In this document: one piece after another, positions 40,151 through 54,266 of the stretch
Position numbering within the stretch: the first letter of the stretch is position 1
Layout of the letters: each line of letters opens with the position of its first letter
DNA from: Antedon mediterranea
Taxonomy: Eukaryota > Animalia > Echinodermata
DNA length: 64,000 nt
Assembly: GCF_964355755.1 (NCBI RefSeq)
Contig: NC_092677.1
Span: 28,523,048 to 28,587,047, forward strand
Reading direction: 5' to 3'
The notes under the pieces: generated by a model
Database searches by the model: none
Seen by the model: the letters and a program-made list of their open reading frames with translations, nothing else
Told to the model about the DNA's origin: nothing
Translations under genes and position numbers: made by a program

Positions 40151-40888
40151 CTTGGAAGTACTCAGAACTACACGGAACTACTTGGAACTTCTTGTTACTT
40201 CTCGTCACTACTCGGAACTACTCGGAACTACTCGAAACTTCTTGGAACTACTCCCCAATATTCGGAACTACTCGGAACAACTCGGAACTACTCGGGACTA
40301 CTCTGGACTTCTCGGAACTCCTCGTAACTTATCGGAACTCCTCGGAACTTCTCGATACTACTCGGAACTTCTCGGAACTACTCGGAACTACTCGACGCCA
40401 CTCGGAACTGCTCTGAACTACTCGGAAATACTCGGAACTTATCAGAACTACACGGAACTACTCGTAACTACTCGTAACCACTCGTAACTACTCGGAACTT
40501 CTCGGAACTACTCTGAACTACTCGGAACTTCTCGGCCCTACTCGGAACTACTCGGAACTACTTGGAACTTATTGGAACTTATCGGAAATACTCGGAACTA
40601 CTCGGAACTTCTCAGAACTTCTCGGAACTACTCGTCACTACTCATCACCATTCGGAAGTACTCGGAACTACTCGGAACTATTGTGAACTACTCAGAACTA
40701 CTCGGAACTTCTCGGAACTCCTCGGAACTACTTTCTTTCTTTCTTTATTTCCATTTCCAACAAAAAAGCATAAACATACATAAATATTCATTACAAAAAT
40801 GAAAGAACGGAAAAGGGGGAATCTCTGAAGCACAGCTTATAAGTAGAAACCCCATGTTACAAAACAGTATATATATATATATATATAT

Positions 40889-41062
40889 TCCTTCACTTGC
40901 ACTGATGAAGGGCTAGTGTTGCCTGAAAGCTCTGCTATCTTTTCTGGCTGTTTTACTTCTCGTTTTGATTTAGCTTTTCGCTTTTAGTTTGTATCTCCAT
41001 TGAGATCCAGCCACTGATACCCACAGCATTGTCATTATTTCAGTAATTTGCCTTTGGATTTA
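40889..41062 (+). mobile_element. Putative Penelope-like element solo pLTR inside a (TA)n tract of the LINE-D 3' UTR
   Basis: (TA)n on both sides; contains a minimal hammerhead motif; no ORF. Confidence 0.68.
40896..40937 (+). ncRNA. Minimal type I hammerhead ribozyme motif, copy 1
   Basis: GCA-CTGATGA-A-GGGC tagtgtt GCCT-GAA-AGCT-C-TGC: both catalytic boxes, stem II, palindromic AGCT in stem III, and GCA/TGC stem I. Confidence 0.75.
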
Positions 41063-41961
41063 TGTATATATATATATTTAAATAGTAACATGAAAAAAGG
41101 CACAAAGGCATAGGCAAACAAAAATGCAAACAATTCTTTTTTTTATCTTAACAACAAAAAAAAGTTTTGTCAGAGAGTAAGATGTTATTGTAAAAAAATA
41201 CCTGTTTTAATCAGAGTATTGCAAAAGTAATTTATTTTTGTATTTTATTTAAAAAGTTATAGGATTCTTAAATAGCTTAAGAGTCTCAGGTATATCACGC
41301 CAAAGTTCAACCCCTTTACTAACTGAACTTAATGATTGTTGAGTGGTTCTTTTAAATTGTGGGTAGAATTGGTGTTTTTGTCGAGTATATTTATCGTGGA
41401 TAGCTGAGCATAAAATGAAATTTTTTGAACAATCGCTGGGAGTAAGTTATGAAAAGCTTTATGCATTTAGAGAAACGGTATATACAGTAGTTTATTAAAT
41501 TATAAAGATCAAGAGTTTTAAAAAAACAAAAAATTGGTTTACTTGGACTGGTGTATGGGACTTCCTGAGTCTGAGTGCCTTTTTTGTAATATGTATAAAC
41601 AATTTAAATTCGTTTTAAAGGTATTACCCCAGACTTCACAACAATATGTAAAATAAGGCAAAACTAGTGAATTATATAATTTAAATAAAGCTGATGTATT
41701 TAGTAAATGTTTTACTTTATAAATAATTCCAATATTTTTAGAAATCTTGGAATGAATATTTTCAATCTGATACTACCAATTTAGTTTTCCATCAATAATA
41801 ACTCCTAAAAACTTTATTTTATTTACCCGTTCAATTGCAACACCACTAATAACTAAATGTGTTGGTTCATAATTGTTTTTGCGACTAAAAATAATATACT
41901 TTGTCTTACTAAGGTTCAACGTCAATTTATTTACCTTAAACTAAGTATCAATTTTTTTTAC

Positions 41962-43877
41962 CTTGGAACTACACAGAACTACTCAAAACTACTCGAAACT
42001 ACTCGGAACTACTTGGAACTACTCGGAACTACTCGTCAATATTCGGAACTACTTGGAAATACTCGGAACTTATCGGAACTACTCGGAACTACACGGAACT
42101 ACACGGAACTACTCGGAACTACACGGAACTACTCGGAACTTCTCGAACCCACTCGAAACTTCTCGGAACTACTTGTCATTATTCTGAACTACTCGGAACT
42201 ACTCGGAACTGGTCGTCACTATTCGGAACTAGTCGGAACTACTCGGAAATACTCGGAACTTATCAGAACTTCTCGGAACTTCTCGGAAATACTCGGAAAT
42301 ACTGGGAAATATTCGTTTTATTCGGTAATACTCGGAACTACTCGGAACTACTCGGAACTTCTCGGAACTTCTCGTCACTACTCGTCACTACTTGGAACTA
42401 CTCGGAACTACTCGGAACTTCTCGCAACTTCTCCGAACTTCTTGTAACTACTCGGAACTACTCTAATCTGAACTAATCTTAACTACTCGGAACTACTCGA
42501 AACTTCTCAGAACTACTCCTCAATATTCGGAACTACTCGGGACTACTAGGAACTACTTGGGACTACTCGGAACTACTCGGAACTACTCGGGACTACTAGG
42601 AACTACTCGGAACTACTCAGAACTACTCGGAACAACTCTGAACTACTCGGGACTACTCTGGATTTCTCGGAACTCCTCGTAACTTCTCGGAACTGGTCGT
42701 TATTATTTGGAACTAGTCGGAACTACTCAGAAATACTCGGAACTTATCGGAACTTCTCGGAAGTACTTTGAAATACTCAGAAATATTCGGTAATATTCGG
42801 GAATACTCAGAACTACTCGGAACTTCTCGCCACTACTCGTCACTACTCGGCACTACTCGGAACTACTCGGAACTTCTCGGAACTTCTCGGAACTACTCGG
42901 AACTACTCTAATCTGAACTACTCGGAAATACTCAGAACTTCTCAGAACTACTCGGAAGTACTTGGAAGTACTCAGAACTACACGGAACTACTTGGAACTT
43001 CTCGTTACTTCTCGTCACTACTCGGAACTACTCGGAACTACTCAAAACTTCTTGGAACTACTCCCCAATATTTGGAACTACTCGGGACTACTCGGAACTA
43101 CTCGGAACAACTCGGAACTACTCGGGACTACTCGGGACTACTCTGGACTTCTCGGAACTCCTCCTATCTTATCGGAACTACTCAGAAATACTCGGAACTT
43201 ATCGGAACTTCTCGGAAATACTTTGAAATACTCAGAAATATTCAGTAATATTCGGGAATACTCAGAACTACTCGGAACTTCTCGCCACTACTCGTCACTA
43301 CTCGTCACTACTCGTCACTACTCGGCACTACTCGGAACTACTCGGAACTTCTCGGAACTACTCTAATCTGAACTAATCTGAACTACTCGGAAATACTCAG
43401 AACTTCTCGGAACTACTCGGAAGTACTTGGAAGTACTCAGAACTACACAGAACTACTTGGAACTTCTCGTTACTTCTCGTCACTACTCGGAACTACTCGA
43501 AACTTCTTGGAACTACTCCCCAATATTCGGAACTACTCGGGACTACTCGGAACTACTCGGAACAATTCGGAACTACTCGGGACTACTCAGGACTACTCTG
43601 GACTTCTTGGAACTCCTCGTATCTTATCGGAACTTCTCGGAACTTCTCGATACTACTCGGAACTTCTCGGAACTACTCGGAACTACTCGACGCGCGCTAC
43701 TCGGAACTGATCTGAACTACTCGAAAATACTCGGAACTTATCAGAACTACACGGAACTACTCGGAAATACTCGGCAATACTCGGAACTACTCGGAACTAC
43801 TCGGAACTTATCGGAAATACTCGGAAATACTCGGAAATACTCGGAACTACTCAGAACTTCTGGGAACTTCCAACTTC
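41962..43877. repeat. 10-bp satellite
   Basis: GGAACTACTC monomers and variants. Confidence 0.97.
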
Positions 43878-43891
43878 TATATATATATATA

Positions 43892-44061
43892 TTCCTTCAC
43901 TTGCACTGATGAAGGGCTAGTGTTGCCCGAAAGCTCAGCTAACTTTTCTGGCTGTTTTACTTCTCATTTTGATTTAGCTTTTCGCTTTTATTTTGTATCT
44001 CCATTGAGATCCAGCCACTGATACCCACAGCAATGTTATTATTTCAGTAATTTGCTTTTGG

Positions 44062-44064
<3 letters not shown>
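43892..44064 (+). mobile_element. Putative Penelope-like pLTR module, copy 2
   Basis: Homologous to 40889-41062 and flanked by (TA)n. Confidence 0.68.
43900..43941 (+). ncRNA. Minimal hammerhead ribozyme motif, copy 2
   Basis: CTGATGA-A-GGGC tagtgtt GCCC-GAAAGCTC; perfect 4-bp stem II, A-A mismatch at the base of stem I. Confidence 0.7.

Positions 44065-44144
<80 letters not shown>
44065..44144. repeat. (TA)40 microsatellite
   Basis: Pure TA run. Confidence 0.97.
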
Positions 44145-44147
<3 letters not shown>

Positions 44148-44486
44148 ATATGAAAAAAGGCATAGGCAAACAAAAATGCAAACAATTCTTTTTTTTTTAT
44201 CTTAACAACAAAAAAAAGTTTTCTCAGAGAGTAAGATGTTATTGTAAAACAATACCTGTTTTAATCAGAGTATTGCAAAAGTAATTTATTTTTGTATTTT
44301 ATTTAAAAAGTTATAGGATTCTTAAATAGCTTAAGAGTCTCAGGTATATCACGCCAAAGTTCAACCCCCTTTACTAACTAAACTTAATGATTGTTGAGTG
44401 GTTCTTTTAAATTGTGGGTAGAATTGGTGTTTTTGTCGAGTAAATTTATCGTGGACAACTGAGCATAAAATAAATTATTTTGAACA
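44145..44486 (-). mobile_element. Duplicated LINE-D fragment (ORF2 end and part of the 3' UTR)
   Basis: Matches about 41085-41431, then stops abruptly at the GACA satellite. Confidence 0.85.
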
Positions 44487-45897
44487 GACAGACAGCCTAG
44501 ACAGTTCAGACCAACAGACAGTCTAGACAGACACACAGACAGCCTAGACAGTTCAGACAGACAAACAGAAACACAGAGAGTCTAGACAGACAGACAGTCT
44601 AGACAGTTCAGACAGACAGACAGACAGTCTAGACAGACAGACAGTCTAGACAGTTTATAGACAGAGAGACAGACAGTCTAGACAGTTCAGACAGACAGAC
44701 AGTCTAGAAAGACAGACAGTCTAGACAGTTCAGACAGACAGACAGACCGTCTAGACAGACAGACAGTCTAGACAGACAGACAGTCTAGACAGTTCAGACA
44801 GACATACAGTCTAGACAGACAGACAGTCTAGACAGTTCAGACAGACAGAGAGTCTAGACAGTTCAGACAGACAGACAGTCTGGACAGACAGACAGACAGT
44901 CTAGACAGTTCAGACAGACAGACAGACAGTCTAGATAGTCTAGACAGTTCAGACAGACAGACAGTCTAGACAGTTCAGACAGTCTAGACAGACAGACAGA
45001 CTAGACAGTTCAGACAGACAGACAGTCTAGACAGACAGTCTAGACAGACAGACGGTCTAGACAGTTCAGACAGACAGATAGTCTAGACAGACAGACAGTC
45101 TAGACAGTTTCTAGACAGACAGTCTAGACAGACAGACAGACAGTCTAGACAGTTCCGACAGACAGACAGTCTAGACAGAAAGACATTCTAGACAGTTCAG
45201 ACAGACAGACAGAGTCTATACCTGACAGACAGTCTAGACAGTTCACACAGACAGACAGTCTAGACAGACAGACAGCCTAGACAGTTCAGACCGACAGACA
45301 GTCTAGACAGACAGACAGAGAGCCTAGACAGTTCAGACAGACAAACAGACAGACAGAGAGTCTAGACAGACAGAGAGTCTAGACAGTTCAGACAGACAGA
45401 CAGTCTAGACAGACAGACAGTCTAGACAGTTTATAGACAGAGAGACAGACAGTCTAGACAGTTCAGACAGACAGACAGTCTAGACAAAAAGACAGCCTAG
45501 ACAGTTCAGACAGACAGACAGTCAGTCTAGACAGACAGACAGTCAGTCTAGACAGTTCAGACAGACAGACCGTCTAGACAGACAGATAGTCTAGACAGAC
45601 AGACAGTCTAGACAGTTCAGACAGACATACAGTCTAGACAGACAGACAGTCTAGACAGTTCAGACAGACAGATAGTCTAGACAGTTCAGACAGACATACA
45701 GTCTAGACAGACAGACAGACAGTCTAGACAGTTCAGACAGACAGACAGTCTAGACAGTTCAGACAGACAGACAGTCTAGACAGACAGACACTCTAGACAG
45801 TTTCTAGACAGAGAGACAGACAGTCTAGACAGTTCAGACAGACAGACAGACAGACAGACAGTCTAGACAGTTCAGACAGAAAGACAATGTAGACAGA
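44484..45897. repeat. Compound GACA satellite with GTCTAGAC palindromes and GTTCA spacers, copy 1
   Basis: Units like (GACA)n-GTCTAGACA-GTTCA; internal ~780-bp duplication (44491 vs 45271). Confidence 0.95.
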
Positions 45898-48800
45898 CTC
45901 GTAACTTCTCGGAACTTCTCGCCACTACTCGTTACTACTCGGAACTACTCGAAAATACTCGGAAATACTCGGAACTACTCGGGATTAAACAGAACTACTC
46001 GGAACTATTCTGAACTTCTCGGAACTTCTCGGAACTTCTCGGAAATACTCGGAAATACTCGGAAATACTCAGAACTACTCGGGATTAAACTGAACTACTT
46101 GGAACTACTTGGAACTACTTGGAACTACTCGGAACTTCTCGGAACTTATCGGGATTAAACAGAACTACTCGGAACTTCTCGGAACTTCTCGGAACTTATC
46201 GGAACTTATCGGAACTAACTAATCTGAATTAATCTGAACTACTCGGAACTACTCGGAACTACTCGGAACTACTCGGAACTTCTCGGAACTACTCGGAACT
46301 ACTCGGAAATACTCGGAACTTATCGGAACTTATCGGAACTACTCGGAAATACTCGGAACTACTCGGAACTATTAGGAACTACTTGGAACTACTCGGAACT
46401 AAACTGAACTACTCAGAACTACTCGAAACTACTCAGAACTTCTCAGAAATATTTGGAACTACTCTGAACTAACTAATCTGAACGAAACTTAACTACTACG
46501 AACTACTCGGAACTACTCGGAACTTCTCATAAATATTTGGAAGTACTCTGAACTAACTAATATGAACTAATCTGAACTACTCGGAACTACTGGGAACTAT
46601 TCGGAACTACTCGGAACTATTCGGAAATACTCGGAAATACTCTGAACTACTCGGAACTTCTCGGAACTTCTCGGAACTTTTCAATACTATTCGGAACTAC
46701 TCGGAACTTCTCGGAACTAATCGTCACTACTCGTCGCTACTCGGAAGAACTCGAAACTACACGGAACTACTCAGAACTACTCGAAACTACTCGGAACTAC
46801 TTGGAACTACTCGGAACTACTCGTCAATATTCGGAACTACTTGGAAATACTCGGAAATACTCGTAACTTATCGGAACTACACGGAACTACTCGGAACTAC
46901 TCGAAACTACTCGGAACTACACGGAACTACTCGGAACTTCTCGGACCCACTCGAAACTTCTCGGAACTTCTCGGAACTACTTGTCATTATTCAGAACTAC
47001 TCGGAACTACTCGGAACTGGTCGTCACTATTCGGAACTAGTCGGAACTACTCGGAAATACTCGGAACTTATCAGAACTTTTCGGAAATACTGGGAAATAT
47101 TCGGTAATATTCGGTAATACTCGGAACTACTCGGAACTACTCGGAAGTACTCGGAACTTCTCGTCACTACTCGTCACTACTTGGAACTACTCGGAACTTC
47201 TCGGAACTTCTCGTAACTACTCGGAACTACTCTTATCTGAACTAATCTTAACTACTCGGAAATACTCGGAAATACTCGGAAATACTTGGAAGTACTTGGA
47301 AGTACTCAGAACTACACGGAACTACTTGGAACTACTCGGAACTTCTCGTTACTTCTCGTCACTACTCGGAACTACTCGAAACTTCTCGGAACTACTCGGG
47401 ACTACTCGGAACTGCTCGGAACTACTCGGAACAACTCGGAACTACTCGGGACTACTCTGGATTTCTCGGAACTCCTCGTAACTACTCGGAACCGGTCGTC
47501 ATTATTTGGAACTAGTCGGAACTACTCGGAAATACTCGGAACTTATCGGAACCTCTCGGAAATGCTTGGAAATACTCGGAAATATTCGGTAATATTCGGT
47601 AATATTCGGTAATACTCGGAACTACTCGGAACTTCTCGCCACTACTCGTCACTACAAGTCACTTCACTACTCGGAACAACTCGGAACTACTCGGGACTAC
47701 TCGGGACTTCTCGGAACTCCTCGTAACTTATCGGAACTTCTCGTAACTTATCGGAACTTCTCGATACTACTCGGAACTTCTCGGAACTACTCGGAACTAA
47801 TCGACGCTACTCGGAACTGCTCTGAACTACTCGGAAATACTTTGAACTACTCAGAACTACTCGTCATTATTCGGAACTAATCGGAAATACTCGGAACTAC
47901 TCGAAACTTATTGGAACTTATCGGAAATACTCGGAACTACTCGGAACTACTAGGAACTACTCGGAACTACTCGAAACTTCTCAGAAATATTTGGAACTAC
48001 TCGGAACTACTCTGAACTAACTAATCTGAACTAAACCGAACTACTCGAAACTATTCGGAAATATTCGGAAATACTTGGAACTATTGGAACTACTCTGAAC
48101 TTCTCGGAACTACTCTGAACTACTCTGAACTACTCGGAACTACTCTGAACTATTCAGAACTACTCGGAACTACTCGGCACTACTCGGAACTACTTGGAAC
48201 TTCTCGGAACTACTCGAAACTACTCGGAACTACCGGAACTACTCGGAATTACTCGGAATTACTCGGAACTACTCGGAAATACTCGGAACTTATCGGAACT
48301 AACTAATCTGAATTAATCTGAACTACTCGGAACTACTCGGAACTACTCGGAACTTCTCGGACCCACTTGAAACTTCTCGGAACTTCTCGGAACTACTTGT
48401 CATTATTCAGAACTACTTGGAACTACTCGGAACTACTCGGAACTGGTCGTCACTATTCGGAACTAGTCGGAACTACTCGGAAATACTCGGAACTTATCAG
48501 AACTTCTCGGAAATACTGGGAAATATTCGGTAATATTCGGTAATACTCGGAACTACTCGGAACTACTCGGCAGTACTCGGAACTTCTCGTCACTACTCGT
48601 CACTACTTGGAACTACTCGCAACTTCTCGCAACTTCTCGGAACTTCTCGTAACTACTCGGAACTACTCTTATCTGAACTAATCTTAACTACTCGGAAATA
48701 CTCGGAAATACTCGGAACCTCTTGGAAGTACTTGGAAGTACTCAGAACTACACGGAACTACTTAGAACTACTCGGAACTACTCGTCATTATTCGGAACTA

Positions 48801-51800
48801 CTCGGAACTACTCGGAACTACTCGGAACTACTCGGAAATACTCGGAACTACTCGGAACTTATTGGAACTTATCGGAAATACTCGGAACTACTAGGAACTA
48901 CTCGGAACTACTCGAAACTTCTAGGAAATATTTGGAACTACTCGGAACTACTCTGAACTAACTAATCTGAACTAAACTGAACTACTCGAAACTATTCGGA
49001 AATATTCGGAAATACTCGGAACTATTGGAACTACTCTGAACTTCTCGGAACTACACTGAACTACTCTGAACTACTCTGAACTACTCTGAACTATTTGGAA
49101 CTACTCGGAACTACTCGGCACTACTCGGAACTACTTGGAACTTCTCGGAACTACTCGAAACTACTCGGAATTACTCGGAATTACTCGGAACTACTCGGAA
49201 ATACTCGGAACTTATCGGAACTAACTAATCTGAATTAATCTGAACTACTCGGAACTACTCGGAACTACTCGGAACTACTCGGAACTACTCGGAAATACTC
49301 GGAAATACTCGGAACTTATCGGAACTTATCGGAACTACTCGGAAATACTCGGAACTACTCGGAACTACTAGGAACTACAATTGGAACTACTCGGAACTAA
49401 ACTGAACTACTCAGAACTACTCGAAACTACTCGGAACTTCTCAGAAATATTTGGAACTACTCTGAACTAACTAATCTGAACGAAACTTAACTACTCGGAA
49501 CTACTCGGAACTACTCGGAACTTCTCTTAAATATTTGGAAGAACTCTGAACTAACTAATATGAACTAATCTGAACTACTCGGAACTACTGGGAACTACTC
49601 GGAACTACTCGGAAATGCTCAGAAATACTCTGAACTACTCTGAACTACTCTAAACTGCTCGGAACTACTCGGAACTACTCGTCATTATTCGGAACTACTC
49701 GGAACTACTCGGAACTACTCGGAAATACTCGGAACTTCTCGGAACTACTCGGAACTACTCGGAAATACTCGGAACGACTCGAAAATACTCGGAACTTATC
49801 GGAACTACTCTGGACTTCTCGGAAGTACTCGGAACTACGCAGAACTACACGGAACTACTCGGAACTACTCGAAACTTCTCAGAACAACTCGGAACTACTC
49901 GTCAATATTCGGAACTATTTGGAACTACTCGGAATTACTCGGAACTACTCGGAACTACTCGGACCTCCTTGAACAACTCTGAACTACTCAGGACTATTCT
50001 GGACTTCTTGGATCTCCTCGAAACTACTCGGAACTTCTCGGAACTTTTCGATACTACTCGGAACTACTCGGAACTTCTCGGAACTAATCGTCACAACTCG
50101 TCGCTACTCGGAAGAACTCGGAACTACTTGGAACTACTCAGAACTACTCGAAACTACTCGAAACTACTTGGAACTACTTGGAACTACTCGGAACTACTCG
50201 TCAATATTCGGAACTACTTGGAAATACTCGGAAATACTCGTAACTTATCGGAACTACTCGAAACTACTCGGAACTTCTCGGAACTACTCGGAACTTCTCG
50301 GAACTAATCGTCACTACTCGTCGCTACTCGGAAGAACTTGGAACTACACGGAATTACTCAGAACTACTCGAAACTACTCGAAACTACTCGGAACTACTTG
50401 GAACTACTCGGAACTACTCGTCAATATTCGTAACTACTTGGAAATACTCGGAAATACCCGTAACTTATCGGAACTACTCGGAACTACTCGAAACTACTCG
50501 GAACTACACGGAACTACTCGGACCCACTCGAAACTTCTTGGAACTTCTCAGAACTACTTGTCATTATTCAGAACTACTCGGAACTATTCGGAACTGGTCG
50601 TCACTATTCGGAACTAGTCGGAACTACTCGGAAATACTCGGAACTTATCAGAACTTCTCGGAACTTCTCGGAAATACTCGGAAATACTGGGAAATATTCG
50701 TTATATTCGGTAATACTCGGAACTACTCGGAACTACTCGGAACTACTCGGAACTTCTCGTCACTACTCGGAACTACTTGGAACTACTCGGAACTACTCGG
50801 AACTTCTCGCAACTTCTCCGAACTTCTTGTAACTACTCGGAACTACTCTAATCTGAACTAATCTTAACTACTCGGAACTACTCGAAACTTCTCGGAACTA
50901 CTCCTCAATATTCGGAACTACTCGGGACTACTAGGAACTACTCGGAACTACTCGGGACTACTAGGAACTACTCGGAACTACTCAGAACTACTCGGAAAAA
51001 CTCGGAACTACTCGGGACTACTCTGGATTTCTAGGAACTCCTCGTAACTTCTCGGAACTGGTCGTTATTATTTGGAACTAGTCGTAACTACTCAGAAATA
51101 CTCGGAACTTATCGGAACTTCTCGGAAGTACTTTGAAATACTCAGAAATATTCGGTAATATTCGGGAATACTCAGAACTACTCGGAACTTCTCGCAACTA
51201 CTCGTCACTACTCGTCACTACTCGGCACTACTCGGAACTACTCGGAACTTCTCGGAACTTCTCGGAACTACTCGGAACTACTCTAATCTGAACTAATCTG
51301 AACTACTCGGAACTACTTGGAAATACTCAAAACTACTCGGAAGTACTTGGAAGTACTCAGAACTACACGGAACTACTTGTAACTTCTCGTTACTTCTCGT
51401 CACTACTCGGAACTACTCGAAACTTCTTGGAACTACTCCCCAATATTCGGAACTACTCGGGACTGCTCGGAACTACTCGGAACAACTCGGATCTACTCGG
51501 GACTACTCGGGACTACTCTGGACTTCTCGGAACTCCTCGTATCTTATCGGAACTACTCAGAAATACTCTGAACTTATCGGAACTTCTCGGAAATACTTTG
51601 AAATACTCAGAAATATTCAGTAATATTCGGGAATACTCAGAACTACTCGGAACTTCTCGCCACTACTCGTCACTACTCGTCACTACTCGTCACTACTCGG
51701 CACTACTCGGAACTACTCGGAACTTCTCGGAACTACTCTAATCTGAACTAATCTGAACTACTCGGAAATACTCAGAACTTCTCGGAACTACTCGGAAGTA

Positions 51801-52252
51801 CTTGGAAGTACTCAGAACTACACAGAACTACTTGGAACTTCTCGTTACTTCTCGTCACTACTCGGAACTACTCGAAACTTCTTGGAACTACTCCCCAATA
51901 TTCGGAACTACTCGGGACTACTCGGAACTACTCGGAACAATTCGGAACTACTCGGGACTACTCAGGACTACTCTGGACTTCTTGGAACTCCTCGTATCTT
52001 ATCGGAACTTCTCGGAACTTCTCGATACTACTCGGAACTTCTCGGAACTACTCGGAACTACTCGACGCGCGCTACTCGGAACTGATCTGAACTACTCGAA
52101 AATACTCGGAACTTATCAGAACTACACGGAACTACTCGGAAATACTCGGCAATACTCGGAACTACTCGGAACTACTCGGAACTTATCGGAAATACTCGGA
52201 AATACTCGGAAATACTCGGAACTACTCAGAACTTCTGGGAACTTCCAACTTC
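45898..52252. repeat. 10-bp satellite
   Basis: GGAACTACTC monomers and variants. Confidence 0.97.
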
Positions 52253-52266
52253 TATATATATATATA

Positions 52267-52436
52267 TTCCTTCACTTGCACTGATGAAGGGCTAGTGTTG
52301 CCCGAAAGCTCAGCTAACTTTTCTGGCTGTTTTACTTCTCATTTTGATTTAGCTTTTCGCTTTTATTTTGTATCTCCATTGAGATCCAGCCACTGATACC
52401 CACAGCAATGTTATTATTTCAGTAATTTGCTTTTGG

Positions 52437-52439
<3 letters not shown>
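52267..52439 (+). mobile_element. Putative Penelope-like pLTR module, copy 3
   Basis: No difference from copy 2 seen by eye; offset 8375. Confidence 0.68.
52275..52316 (+). ncRNA. Minimal hammerhead ribozyme motif, copy 3
   Basis: CTGATGA at 52281, GGGC/GCCC stem II, GAAAGCTC. Confidence 0.7.

Positions 52440-52513
<74 letters not shown>
52440..52513. repeat. (TA)37 microsatellite
   Basis: Pure TA run. Confidence 0.97.
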
Positions 52514-52516
<3 letters not shown>

Positions 52517-52855
52517 ATATGAAAAAAGGCATAGGCAAACAAAAATGCAAACAATTCTTTTTTTTTTATCTTAACAACAAAAAAAAGTTTTCTCAGAGAG
52601 TAAGATGTTATTGTAAAAAAATACCTGTTTTAATCAGAGTATTGCAAAAGTAATTTATTTTTGTATTTTATTTAAAAAGTTATAGGATTCTTAAATAGCT
52701 TAAGAGTCTCAGGTATATCACGCCAAAGTTCAACCCCCTTTACTAACTAAACTTAATGATTGTTGAGTGGTTCTTTTAAATTGTGGGTAGAATTGGTGTT
52801 TTTGTCGAGTAAATTTATCGTGGACAACTGAGCATAAAATAAATTATTTTGAACA
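52514..52855 (-). mobile_element. Duplicated LINE-D fragment
   Basis: Copy of 44145-44486. Confidence 0.85.
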
Positions 52856-54266
52856 GACAGACAGCCTAGACAGTTCAGACCAACAGACAGTCTAGACAGA
52901 CACACAGACAGCCTAGACAGTTCAGACAGACAAACAGAAACACAGAGAGTCTAGACAGACAGACAGTCTAGACAGTTCAGACAGACAGACAGACAGTCTA
53001 GACAGACAGACAGTCTAGACAGTTTATAGACAGAGAGACAGACAGTCTAGACAGTTCAGACAGACAGACAGTCTAGAAAGACAGACAGTCTAGACAGTTC
53101 AGACAGACAGACAGACCGTCTAGACAGACAGACAGTCTAGACAGACAGACAGTCTAGACAGTTCAGACAGACATACAGTCTAGACAGACAGACAGTCTAG
53201 ACAGTTCAGACAGACAGAGAGTCTAGACAGTTCAGACAGACAGACAGTCTGGACAGACAGACAGACAGTCTAGACAGTTCAGACAGACAGACAGACAGTC
53301 TAGATAGTCTAGACAGTTCAGACAGACAGACAGTCTAGACAGTTCAGACAGTCTAGACAGACAGACAGACTAGACAGTTCAGACAGACAGACAGTCTAGA
53401 CAGACAGTCTAGACAGACAGACGGTCTAGACAGTTCAGACAGACAGATAGTCTAGACAGACAGACAGTCTAGACAGTTTCTAGACAGACAGTCTAGACAG
53501 ACAGACAGACAGTCTAGACAGTTCCGACAGACAGACAGTCTAGACAGAAAGACATTCTAGACAGTTCAGACAGACAGACAGAGTCTATACCTGACAGACA
53601 GTCTAGACAGTTCACACAGACAGACAGTCTAGACAGACAGACAGCCTAGACAGTTCAGACCGACAGACAGTCTAGACAGACAGACAGAGAGCCTAGACAG
53701 TTCAGACAGACAAACAGACAGACAGAGAGTCTAGACAGACAGAGAGTCTAGACAGTTCAGACAGACAGACAGTCTAGACAGACAGACAGTCTAGACAGTT
53801 TATAGACAGAGAGACAGACAGTCTAGACAGTTCAGACAGACAGACAGTCTAGACAAAAAGACAGCCTAGACAGTTCAGACAGACAGACAGTCAGTCTAGA
53901 CAGACAGACAGTCAGTCTAGACAGTTCAGACAGACAGACCGTCTAGACAGACAGATAGTCTAGACAGACAGACAGTCTAGACAGTTCAGACAGACATACA
54001 GTCTAGACAGACAGACAGTCTAGACAGTTCAGACAGACAGATAGTCTAGACAGTTCAGACAGACATACAGTCTAGACAGACAGACAGACAGTCTAGACAG
54101 TTCAGACAGACAGACAGTCTAGACAGTTCAGACAGACAGACAGTCTAGACAGACAGACACTCTAGACAGTTTCTAGACAGAGAGACAGACAGTCTAGACA
54201 GTTCAGACAGACAGACAGACAGACAGACAGTCTAGACAGTTCAGACAGAAAGACAATGTAGACAGA
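52853..54266. repeat. Compound GACA/GTCTAGAC satellite, copy 2
   Basis: Copy of 44484-45897 at offset 8369. Confidence 0.95.

Larger units (their letters stand above)
30939..40731. repeat. 10-bp satellite, interrupted by two SINE copies
   Basis: GGAACTACTC monomers and variants. Confidence 0.97.
40732..41961 (-). mobile_element. LINE-D, degenerate 3' fragment of a CR1/Crack-group LINE
   Basis: Minus-strand translation FKVNKLTLNLSKTKYIIF...FLGVIIDGKLNW*...YCCEVWGN...LQKR with stops and frameshifts, ORF end near 41207; hairpin 40816-40853; AATAAA then (GAAA)n tail. Confidence 0.9.

Noticed and set aside
44484-45897. AGTTCAG in the GACA satellite as the reverse complement of CTGAACT in the main satellite
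   Set aside because: A 7-bp match is too short to show common origin.
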